Assembly (NCBI GenBank): GCA_035713885.1
Contig: DASTMV010000054.1
Span: 2,236-66,235 of the forward strand
Reading direction: 5' to 3'
Length of the DNA stretch: 64,000 nt
Source of the DNA: Candidatus Udaeobacter sp.
GTDB taxonomy: Bacteria > Verrucomicrobiota > Verrucomicrobiia > Chthoniobacterales > UBA10450
Notes under the pieces: model-generated
The model's database searches: none
What the model saw: the letters and a program-made list of their open reading frames with translations, nothing else
Told to the model about the DNA's origin: nothing
Program-made: the position numbers and the translations under genes
In this document: in pieces, positions 45,327 through 53,788 of the stretch
How positions within the stretch are numbered: the first letter of the stretch is position 1
How the letters are laid out: each line of letters opens with the position of its first letter

Positions 45327-48300
45327 ATGAGACCGCTCCAAGCCGACATTGAGCAGCGCGGCAGGCGCATTCTGGAGCTGGTCGATGAACATCCCGACCG
45401 ATTCTTCAGCAAAGCTGGCTTTTATCAGCGTGTGATGGCGCTCTCGATGCGGGACGATCGGTTCAAGGCACAATTATTTCGGTTCGTCGCCGTTCTGCCG
45501 TCTTTGCGCGGGTCGCGTGAGATTATTCAGCATCTGAAAGAATATTTCAGCGACAGCAACGATGGTTTTCACGGCGTGGTTGACGTTGGCGTTCGTCTGG
45601 CACAACTCCTCCCTTGGATAAGCGCTCCTGTCCTGCGCTGGAACGTCTCGGAAACCGCCCGCCAATTTATTGCGGGACGAAATCCTGATGAAGTGATTGC
45701 GACATTGCGCAAGCGACGAAGACAAAAAATCGGTTTCACGGTTGACGTTCTCGGCGAAGCTGTCGTCAGCGAAGCCGAGGCCGATAAATATTTAGCGCGT
45801 TATGCGGACTTATTGGAAAAACTAGCCCGCGAAACACAAGACTGGACGGACCCGCTTGGCACAAACGCCGAGCTTTTCCCGGTCGTAAATCTGTCGGTCA
45901 AAATCTCTGCGCTGTATTCGCAAATCAATCCTGCCGCTCCCGCGAATGCCATTGCTCGGCTCGGCGCCAGGCTGCGCCCGCTTTTGCGCCGGGCACGCGA
46001 GCTCGGAGCATTTATTAATTTCGACATGGAGAGTTACGTCCTCAAAAACGTGACTCTCGAACTATTCAAAACCATTTTGAACGAGGCGGAGTTCAAAAAT
46101 TGGCCGCATATCGGGATTGTGATCCAAGCGTATCTTCGGGATTCAGAGCGCGATCTGCGGAACTTGATCAATTGGGGCCGTGCACGCGGGACTCGCTTTG
46201 CAGTTCGACTAGTCAAAGGCGCATATTGGGATTACGAGACAACGAAATCGGGCCAGAACGGGTCGAGTCCGCCGGTGTTTCTCCAGAAACCCGAGAGCGA
46301 TGCGAATTTCGAGGCGCTGACGCGCGTGCTGTTTGAAAATGAATCCCTCGTTACGGCTGCATTTGGCTCACACAATGTACGTAGCATCGCGCACGCGCAG
46401 GCTGTCGCAAATGAGCTTGGGATTGACCGCACGCGCTTCGAATTTCAACTGCTTTATGGCATGGCTGGTCCGATTAAACGGGCGCTGGTGGAAATGGGCT
46501 ATCGCGTTCGGGAATACTCTCCGGTTGGCGAATTGCTGCCAGGGATGGCCTATCTCGTTAGGCGACTGCTCGAGAACACTTCCAATGAGGGATTTTTGCG
46601 GGCCAAGTTTGCCGAGAACGTGCCGGCGAACGAATTGCTGCGGGATCCGAGAGAGCTGATCAAGCCCGGTGTAGGTGCGATCAAGGGCCCCGGCAGGCTT
46701 GAAACTCCCAATCAGAAAAATGGCGCTTCACTTCAAGCAACAGCTGGCCATAGTTTCCGAAACGCACCGCTTGTGAGTTTCATTTACAAAGACAACCACG
46801 ACAAAATGCAGAGCGCGTTAAGGGACGTGCGAAACCGCTTGGGCGAAAAATATCCGCTTTACATCGGAGGGGAAAAAGTTTGGACGGATAATTTAACGCC
46901 CTCAGTCAATCCAGCCGAGCCCGCCGAGATTGTCGGTTACGGGACAGAAGCTGGAATCGACGAAGCTGAGCGCGCCGTCAAAGCTGCGCGGGCGGCGTTC
47001 GAAAAGTGGAGATGGACGCCGTTCGAAGAACGGGCGCAGTTGCTGGACCGCGCGGCCGAAATCCTGGAGCGAAGGCGTTATGAGCTTTCTGCTGTAGAAG
47101 TTTTTGAAGTCGGCAAGCCATGGTCTGAAGCCGACGCGGATATCCGCGAGGCGATCGATTTCTGCAGGTTCTACGCGCAGCAAATGCGGCGCCTCGGACG
47201 TCCGAAACTTACGCAACAGGTCACGGGTGAAGAAAGCTATCATCATTATTGGCCGCGAGGCGTCGCTTTTGTCATCGCCCCATGGAATTTCCCTATCGCG
47301 ATTCTCTGTGGCATGGCCTCGGCTGGAGTTGTTACTGGCAACGCAGTAATCATGAAGCCGTCAGAACAAGCGATTATCTGTGGCGCCATGCTCATGCAGG
47401 TTTTCGAAGAAGCAGGTGTTCCACCGGGTGTGTTAAACCTTTTGTCGGGACATGGCTCTGTGGTTGGAGCCCATCTGGTTGATCACAAGGATGTAGACTT
47501 AATCGCGTTTACTGGATCGCGTGAGGTCGGATTGAAAATTTGGGAATCGGCTGGGATCACCCGTTCTGGTCAACGGGAACTAAAACGCGTGATTTGTGAG
47601 ATGGGCGGCAAGAACGCCATGATTGTCGATGCCGATGCAGATGTGGATGAGACGATCATGTATTCAATTTATTCCGCATTCGGTTTTCAGGGACAAAAGT
47701 GCTCCGCTCTTTCGCGCCTGATTCTGTTGGAAGAAAACTACGATCGTGTGATGGAACGTTTGATTCCGGCCGCAGCCAGCCTGCGCGTCGGAAATCCAGA
47801 GCAACCCGGCATCATGGTCGGACCAGTCATTGATGAAGCTGCCTACCGACGCATTTTGGAATACATCGAGATCGGGAAAAAAGAGGCCACACTCGCTTAT
47901 CAAGCGAAGGAAGTTTCGCCCCATGGATATTTTATTCCCCCAACCATCTTCACCGACGTAAAGCCGCACATGCGCATTGCGCGCGAAGAAATTTTCGGCC
48001 CTGTGCTGAGCGTGTTAAAGGTGCGCGACCTTGACGAAGCGCTCGAAGTCGCGAACGGAACCGACTACGCATTGACCGGTGGGTTCTTTTCGCGCAGTCC
48101 CGACAATATCGACCGAGTGAAAGCGCGACTGGAAGCGGGAAACGTTTATATCAATCGCTCATGCACCGGCGCGATCGTCGAGCGGCATCCGTTTGGCGGA
48201 TTCAAAATGAGCGGCAGCGGCACCAAAGCCGGTGGCGAAGATTACCTCCTGCACTTCCTCGTTCCACGCGTCGTCACTGAAAATACTAGTCGGCACGGCT

Positions 48301-48362
48301 TCGCTCCGGAACAATCGCCCGAGTATCGCGACCAATTTCTCTGGCCCAAACCGCGACGATAG
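45327..48362 (+). CDS. putA: Bifunctional proline dehydrogenase / L-glutamate-gamma-semialdehyde dehydrogenase
   Basis: 1011 aa. PRODH barrel (VRLVKGAYWD, LLYGM) followed by an ALDH domain (EMGGKNA, FGFQGQKCSA). No N-terminal RHH DNA-binding domain. Confidence 0.95.
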   Translation: MRPLQADIEQRGRRILELVDEHPDRFFSKAGFYQRVMALSMRDDRFKAQLFRFVAVLPSLRGSREIIQHLKEYFSDSNDGFHGVVDVGVRLAQLLPWISAPVLRWNVSETARQFIAGRNPDEVIATLRKRRRQKIGFTVDVLGEAVVSEAEADKYLARYADLLEKLARETQDWTDPLGTNAELFPVVNLSVKISALYSQINPAAPANAIARLGARLRPLLRRARELGAFINFDMESYVLKNVTLELFKTILNEAEFKNWPHIGIVIQAYLRDSERDLRNLINWGRARGTRFAVRLVKGAYWDYETTKSGQNGSSPPVFLQKPESDANFEALTRVLFENESLVTAAFGSHNVRSIAHAQAVANELGIDRTRFEFQLLYGMAGPIKRALVEMGYRVREYSPVGELLPGMAYLVRRLLENTSNEGFLRAKFAENVPANELLRDPRELIKPGVGAIKGPGRLETPNQKNGASLQATAGHSFRNAPLVSFIYKDNHDKMQSALRDVRNRLGEKYPLYIGGEKVWTDNLTPSVNPAEPAEIVGYGTEAGIDEAERAVKAARAAFEKWRWTPFEERAQLLDRAAEILERRRYELSAVEVFEVGKPWSEADADIREAIDFCRFYAQQMRRLGRPKLTQQVTGEESYHHYWPRGVAFVIAPWNFPIAILCGMASAGVVTGNAVIMKPSEQAIICGAMLMQVFEEAGVPPGVLNLLSGHGSVVGAHLVDHKDVDLIAFTGSREVGLKIWESAGITRSGQRELKRVICEMGGKNAMIVDADADVDETIMYSIYSAFGFQGQKCSALSRLILLEENYDRVMERLIPAAASLRVGNPEQPGIMVGPVIDEAAYRRILEYIEIGKKEATLAYQAKEVSPHGYFIPPTIFTDVKPHMRIAREEIFGPVLSVLKVRDLDEALEVANGTDYALTGGFFSRSPDNIDRVKARLEAGNVYINRSCTGAIVERHPFGGFKMSGSGTKAGGEDYLLHFLVPRVVTENTSRHGFAPEQSPEYRDQFLWPKPRR

Positions 48363-48381
48363 CTTGCCGGAACGTACGTGC

Positions 48382-48678
48382 TCAGTTCACAGGTCGGCCT
48401 TTGCTGAGCAATTTCACCACCGTGACGATCATGTAGAGCACTGGCCAGGCCGAGGTGAGGAGAATTACCGCAAATACCGCCATCTCCCGGGCTCGTTCCC
48501 GCGCCGCCTCGATGCGGTATTCGCGTCCTAAATTGTAAAAATTTCTAAATTTGGACCTATCGTCTCCATCTGGAGACCAGAAATGCCCGCCGCGCCACTG
48601 GCCAAACCCGGCATGAAAAAAATAATCTGTCTGCGGAAAGCGTCCCTTACCGCCCGTGGAAGGACTCCTCGGTTTCAT
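48382..48678 (-). CDS. Small tail-anchored membrane protein (98 aa)
   Basis: Single C-terminal TM. Shares GRE..E..FAVI..SAWPV with ORF 32580..32807. Confidence 0.4.
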   Translation of the reverse strand: MKPRSPSTGGKGRFPQTDYFFHAGFGQWRGGHFWSPDGDDRSKFRNFYNLGREYRIEAARERAREMAVFAVILLTSAWPVLYMIVTVVKLLSKGRPVN

Positions 48679-48797
48679 AGACTGTGACCGACAATTGACT
48701 TGGAACCACTATCACAATACCACGTTCAAAAAATGAATCAGCCTCAAAAAATGACTTTCCCGATTGCGCCCAGACTGCGAAACACTGCGAAGGCAAA

Positions 48798-50525
48798 ATG
48801 AAAAAGGCGTCTTATCGCGCTGGCAAACTCCTGGTGAGATTAGTATTTGGTTGTGTCGCGCGCATTCGCGTGCTTGGTCGCGAGCATTCATACCGCACGG
48901 ACGGATTTTTGCTGGCGGCGAATCATATTAGTCATTTCGATCCGTTTTTGATTGGCTTGGTGGTGCAACGCAAGATCGATTGGATGACGATGTCCGAGTT
49001 TTTTCGGCCGCCTGTACTCAGTATGCTTCTTAACTCGATCGACGCATTTCCGGCAGCGCGGGACCGCGCTGACCCGAAAACAATTCGCACGGCTATCGAC
49101 CGGCTCAAAGATAGACGCATCGTCGGCATTTTCCCCGAAGGCGGCATTCGCGATGGCACGCGTTCGCTGCTCGAAGGGGCGCCGCTGCGGCGAGGCGCGG
49201 CAACGCTGGCGGAGATTGCCAGTGCTCCGATTTTACCCTGCGTCATTCTCGGCAGCGATCGTTTCTATTCCAAGAAACAGTGGCTACCACTCCGACGGAC
49301 CCCAGTCTGGATCGCATTCGGCAAAGCAATCTCCCATTTTCCCGAGCTGCAGAAAACTCAGGCGCGGGAACGCATTGAGTCCGAACTGGCTGCCGCTTTC
49401 GAGAGTCTTTACGCCGAATTACGCCAGAAGTTTCACCTCACAACCGATGATCTGCCCCGTTCGCCGCAGGCACGGATCTCATCTTCGCAACCGAAGCGAA
49501 GTCAGACGCGTCGCAATTACACAGTGCAGCGCACCATGGCGAACGCGGCGGATTCGCTTCTCTGCGGATCGATCAATTTCCTCCACAGGCGGCACCGGCT
49601 GAACGGCCGCAGCCGCGAGCAGATGGAGCGCTATCTAACAACATGCGAGCGGCTTTCGCCGCTAGAATACTATGCCGTACCGCAAGTCCTTGCTGGCAAC
49701 GGTGACTCTGATCTCAAACCTGGATTCAATGGCGTGCATCATTCCCGTATCTCAAAGCTAACGTGGCGCAGCCCCATTGAAACACAGTTTGCAGCAAACA
49801 ACACCGCGTGCGCAGATTTTTTCCGAATCAACGCACGAAAGTGGCAGGCAGCGCCCACCGTTTTCCTGCTGCATTCGCTAATGTCGACCAAGCCCACAGG
49901 TTATTACCGTTGCGCTGAGGGATTCAACAAACGTGGCTGGAACGCGTGTTTTGTGCATCTACCCTATCACTTTTCACGTGTCCCAGCTGGCTACCGGAAT
50001 GGCGAGCTGGCTGTTACACCGGACCTAACTCGCAATGCCCAAGGACTCCGTCAGAGTGTCATTGAGCTGCGCCAACTGATGGAATCATTGCGGGCGCATG
50101 GATGTCGCGAGTTCGGTGTGCTGGCCACGAGTTATGGCGGATGGATTGGTTCGCTACTGACGCTTGTCGAACGCAATTTTCGATTCGTGGCGTTAATGTC
50201 GCCGATTGTAAACGTCGAGCACGCCATCTGGCAAAGCCCAGCTGCGCGGTGCATTCGGAGCGAACTGCTCAAAGCACACGTTGAGCCGGCTCTGGTTGCC
50301 CGACATTTTCATCTGAGTTCACCTTTGCATGGCCAGCCGGTATGCGATCCCGCCCGGATTCTCTTTGTCGCCGGCGAATTCGATAGCATCGCTCCGCCCG
50401 CAGAAATAGAGGCGATCCATCAAACATGGCGAGGTTCGGAACTGTTGCGCGTGCGGCAGGGGCACTTCGGTCATCGAATGATGCCAGAAACAATCGCCCG
50501 ATTGGCAGAACGCGGCGATCTATAA
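48798..50525 (+). CDS. Fusion protein: PlsC-type lysophospholipid acyltransferase + alpha/beta hydrolase
   Basis: N-terminal HX4D (NHISHFDP) and FPEGG acyltransferase blocks. The C-terminal ~300 aa have a nucleophile-elbow-like LATSYGG, then GEFDS and GHFGH (possible Ser-Asp-His triad). Confidence 0.75.
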   Translation: MKKASYRAGKLLVRLVFGCVARIRVLGREHSYRTDGFLLAANHISHFDPFLIGLVVQRKIDWMTMSEFFRPPVLSMLLNSIDAFPAARDRADPKTIRTAIDRLKDRRIVGIFPEGGIRDGTRSLLEGAPLRRGAATLAEIASAPILPCVILGSDRFYSKKQWLPLRRTPVWIAFGKAISHFPELQKTQARERIESELAAAFESLYAELRQKFHLTTDDLPRSPQARISSSQPKRSQTRRNYTVQRTMANAADSLLCGSINFLHRRHRLNGRSREQMERYLTTCERLSPLEYYAVPQVLAGNGDSDLKPGFNGVHHSRISKLTWRSPIETQFAANNTACADFFRINARKWQAAPTVFLLHSLMSTKPTGYYRCAEGFNKRGWNACFVHLPYHFSRVPAGYRNGELAVTPDLTRNAQGLRQSVIELRQLMESLRAHGCREFGVLATSYGGWIGSLLTLVERNFRFVALMSPIVNVEHAIWQSPAARCIRSELLKAHVEPALVARHFHLSSPLHGQPVCDPARILFVAGEFDSIAPPAEIEAIHQTWRGSELLRVRQGHFGHRMMPETIARLAERGDL

Positions 50526-50583
50526 TAGAAGCGAGCAACCGATTGGCAGGTTCATTCATACCAGACCACTCGTCACCGTCAGG

Positions 50584-51600
50584 TCATTGAATTCGCAAAA
50601 ACCCCAAACTCCTTTTCAAATCTCTGCATGCAGCTTTAGCCAGAATATTGTGGCCTTCGACAGACGCATGCCAACCATCGATTGGATGCAGCAGTTCCGC
50701 TCGGCTGAAGTCCGCGGTCGCCAGAGCGTCGGAATATCGCAATTGGATCTGCGCGGCGTGCGGGACAACGTCGCGCTTCAAACCCTCTATCATTGCGCGG
50801 AGCTCTTCGTTCGCCATCCGCGCGAGCCGAATCAAATTATGGCGGTAAGTCGGACGGAATGAGACGAAATATTTGTAAGTCGTTTCCAAGTGGGGATACA
50901 GCATTTTGTCCGATTCTCGAAGACGCTCGGCAGCCTCTCGAGCCTTAAAGTACGATTCGAAATCGATCAGTCCGAAAATTACAATCGCTACCGGATGTTG
51001 CTGAATGCGTTCGCTGAAAAGCAGTCGCCGCAGTTCGCGGGCGTAATTCTCACGGAACTCTTTGCTTTTGCGCTTCAATCGTTCTTCCGGCGAACTCACT
51101 TCATGTGGCGGACAGCGCCAAGCCCAATCCACATTGTTGTGCCCGATGCAAATTAAGATGAGATCGGGAAAGCGCCGTGCTCGCAAAACTTCACTGATTT
51201 GACCTGAAAGATTCCGTGCCTCAACACACGGCGAAAGAGATTTTGTCGGCCATGCTGATGATCCACTAGCCGCTCCAACGCGGGCGCATTCCACGGCCAC
51301 CAATGGAGTGATTGCATCCAGCTCCTTCGAAATGCTGCAAATGCCTGGAGTAAGTTCGCGATGAAGAAACCAGTTACCTCCGCGTCGCATGTGCCTGCGC
51401 CAGACCGTGCTCCAAGCCGACGAGACGTAAATGTTCAGGCAGGCGCTGTCGCCGAGCATGGCAACATGTGGAAGTCGGGCAATCAACTCCGCGCGTGTGA
51501 TCTCGCGTCTTCGGTAGGCCAGATAATCTGAATGAAACCGTGAGCTGGGTTCAGCAATCCGATCGAGGAAATCCGGGCTGACAAACCAGGCAGATTTCAT
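50584..51600 (-). CDS. SGNH/GDSL-type hydrolase
   Basis: Block I MLGDSA, block III-like IGHNNV, block V IDGWH (DxxH). No obvious signal peptide. Confidence 0.6.
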   Translation of the reverse strand: MKSAWFVSPDFLDRIAEPSSRFHSDYLAYRRREITRAELIARLPHVAMLGDSACLNIYVSSAWSTVWRRHMRRGGNWFLHRELTPGICSISKELDAITPLVAVECARVGAASGSSAWPTKSLSPCVEARNLSGQISEVLRARRFPDLILICIGHNNVDWAWRCPPHEVSSPEERLKRKSKEFRENYARELRRLLFSERIQQHPVAIVIFGLIDFESYFKAREAAERLRESDKMLYPHLETTYKYFVSFRPTYRHNLIRLARMANEELRAMIEGLKRDVVPHAAQIQLRYSDALATADFSRAELLHPIDGWHASVEGHNILAKAACRDLKRSLGFLRIQ

Positions 51601-51629
51601 TTCGCAGCGAGATAACCAAGATGACTCTG

Positions 51630-53162
51630 TTACTCATCGAGCCAATTCATCGTCTCTAGTACCCGACGAAACTGTGGATCGTCCGTGGAAAGCGCGGGCA
51701 GCCATTCGCCGATCGGTTCCCGTTTCCACCACGTTTTCTCGCCAATCGGCCCAAACCGATAACGAAAAAGCCGCGCTCGAATGTAATGGGGCGGCGCGGC
51801 AGGAAAGGGATTATTTGCAAGCAGCGAAAGCGTTCCAGGATCGCCATGCAAAAGCTTCCAGACGAAATGAAGCGTCCATGGATATTCCGAGGGCGAAGCC
51901 ATCGCTGCGAACCAGATTTGCCAGTCGATTCGCGGCTGATATGGCGCAACGAATGGCGGGGCACGATTAGGATCACCTGGCTTGGCTTTGAATTCGTATT
52001 CCTTCCATTTCGTGTCGCCGGTAATCAGCGCATCTTCTGTTCCTTCAAAGATGATCTCATCGCGTTCGCGTCCGACAGTGCCAAACGCACCGTAAGTGTT
52101 CACAAGATCGAGCGGATCATAGGAGTAATTCATTAGTTGTCGACCGGAGGAGAGATTGAACACGGTAGGAATGCTAAGCCAAACAACGACGATCGATAAG
52201 AGAACGGCGATCGCGTTGTTGCTGCGCGACTGCTGCGATTCCTGAGCTGCGCGTTCCGCGCGTCTGACGAGGGCTCCCGGTAAAAACCGGCGAAGGAATG
52301 TGTCGTCAAAGCACGCCAGAAATGGAATAATCGTCAGATAATTGAGAAACGAAAGGTTGCCGCTGATGATGAGAAAAATCTGAAACGTAACCAGCAATAT
52401 GCCTGCAATGTGCCGTGCCATTCGGGGACCAAACGAAAACCAGGGCACGACCAGTTCGATGAAATGGTTCCAGGCGGTCTCGAATTTCAGCAGCCAATGC
52501 GGCGAAAAATCCAAGTAGCGGCTAATTGGGTTCGGGATCGGTTGCGTTTCGTAATGATAATAGAGACAGGTGAGATCGCGCCAGCACGGGTCGCCACGCA
52601 ATTTGATCAGACCTGCACCAACCATGATGCGAAATCCGAGCCATCGAAAAAGCCAGATAATTAGAATCGGCGGACGACTCTTTGGAAAAGGCCTGCCATC
52701 GAGCAGTGGACAAAGAAAAATAGACAGGAAACCAGTTTCCAGCAGTTGAATCTCCCAACCGTAGCCGTACCAAATCTGGCCGATATGCACGATCGACATG
52801 TACATTGCCCAGAGAACGGTGAGCAAAATTGCGTTTGCGTATCCACCAAGTACAACGAGCGACAGCGCAAATCCGAACCAGGAGAAGATTGACAATGCAT
52901 TGTCTGATATCCCAAACCAAAACAGCGTCGGTATTCGCTGCATGCTGGCGCTTCGCGACCCGAGCTGCATTTGCACCACGTGCAAAAAATCGCTGGCCGG
53001 AGTCAACCCATGTTCGCCAATGAGCGGAATGAGCTGGTTTGCCGCGATTAGAAATGCGACTGCATACACAAACCCAAGCAGCCGCAGGATCATAAATCGA
53101 GTCAGCCAGTACGAATTTCCGAGCTCAAAAAGTTTCTCGAGAACTCGTTCGCCGTTCATCAT
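51630..53162 (-). CDS. Lipase maturation factor (LMF1) family membrane protein
   Basis: N-terminal YWLTRFMILRLLGFVYAVAFLIAANQLIPLIGEHGLTP and C-terminal YEFKAKPGDPNRAPPFVAPYQPRIDWQIWFAAM .. PFPAAPPHYIRARLFRYRF, both highly reminiscent of LMF1 (PF06762 as I recall). Confidence 0.75.
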   Translation of the reverse strand: MMNGERVLEKLFELGNSYWLTRFMILRLLGFVYAVAFLIAANQLIPLIGEHGLTPASDFLHVVQMQLGSRSASMQRIPTLFWFGISDNALSIFSWFGFALSLVVLGGYANAILLTVLWAMYMSIVHIGQIWYGYGWEIQLLETGFLSIFLCPLLDGRPFPKSRPPILIIWLFRWLGFRIMVGAGLIKLRGDPCWRDLTCLYYHYETQPIPNPISRYLDFSPHWLLKFETAWNHFIELVVPWFSFGPRMARHIAGILLVTFQIFLIISGNLSFLNYLTIIPFLACFDDTFLRRFLPGALVRRAERAAQESQQSRSNNAIAVLLSIVVVWLSIPTVFNLSSGRQLMNYSYDPLDLVNTYGAFGTVGRERDEIIFEGTEDALITGDTKWKEYEFKAKPGDPNRAPPFVAPYQPRIDWQIWFAAMASPSEYPWTLHFVWKLLHGDPGTLSLLANNPFPAAPPHYIRARLFRYRFGPIGEKTWWKREPIGEWLPALSTDDPQFRRVLETMNWLDE

Positions 53163-53368
53163 TCCCGATTCTGCTTACCAGCACATCGGCAGAGATTCAA
53201 CGTGCGAGCGCCACTCGAGATCCACTCCATTCGCATCGCGCTCCGCATTGACACTGAAGGCGATGAGACTCAATTTTTCTTCCCTGCGCGTCAGGATAAC
53301 GCAGCCCCGAAAGCCTTCCAGCCTGGTCGTGCAAGAGAAATTCGGTAGGTTTTATCCGCAGGAAACGC

Positions 53369-53440
53369 GCCAGGGTAGCTCAGTGGTAGAGCAGGGGACT
53401 CATAAGCCCTTGGTCGGGAGTTCGAATCTCCCCCCTGGCA
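53369..53440 (+). tRNA. tRNA with CAU anticodon (elongator Met or Ile2/lysidine type)
   Basis: Hand fold: acceptor GCCAGGG/CCCTGGC, D arm GCTC..GAGC, anticodon arm GGGGA-CTCATAA-GCCCT (A31-G39 mismatch, G27-U43), T arm GGGAG-TTCGAAT-CTCCC. The G1-C72 pair argues against an initiator. No encoded CCA. Confidence 0.85.
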
Positions 53441-53645
53441 GCTCTATTAGATGGCTTCGGCCTACATTCTTAGCGGATCAAATGGCCGCCATAACATTGA
53501 TTCATGCGTTGATCTGGACCGGTCTTTCCGCAAAGCACGTCCTCCAGTGACGTAGCAAAACAAAGCATTTCGAACAACCGCTGACGCAATAGATCAGGGT
53601 AATATTGCTTCGATCTCAGCTTCGGGTAACATTTTGGCTCCTAAA

Positions 53646-53719
53646 GCCGGCATAGCTCAGCTGGTTAGAGCAGCTGATTTGTAATCAGCAGGTCGTCGGT
53701 TCGAATCCGACTGCCGGCT
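53646..53719 (+). tRNA. tRNA-Thr (UGU)
   Basis: Hand fold: acceptor GCCGGCA/TGCCGGC, anticodon arm GCTGA-TTTGTAA-TCAGC, T arm GTCGG-TTCGAAT-CCGAC. Short variable loop. No encoded CCA. Confidence 0.9.
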
Positions 53720-53788
53720 CGTCTAATTTGCAACCTTCGATCGTCGTTTGCGATTGCTCTTAACGTTAGGTGACATGCGACTGTTAAC

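Noticed and set aside
53369-53440. Initiator tRNA-fMet assignment for the CAU tRNA
   Set aside because: Position 1-72 is a Watson-Crick G-C pair rather than the C-A mismatch of bacterial initiators.
52798-53550. 250-aa ORF on the plus strand
   Set aside because: It runs antisense through the 5' end of the LMF1-like gene and straight across the tRNA(CAU) gene. Composition is low-complexity and Arg/Ser-rich. Judged spurious.
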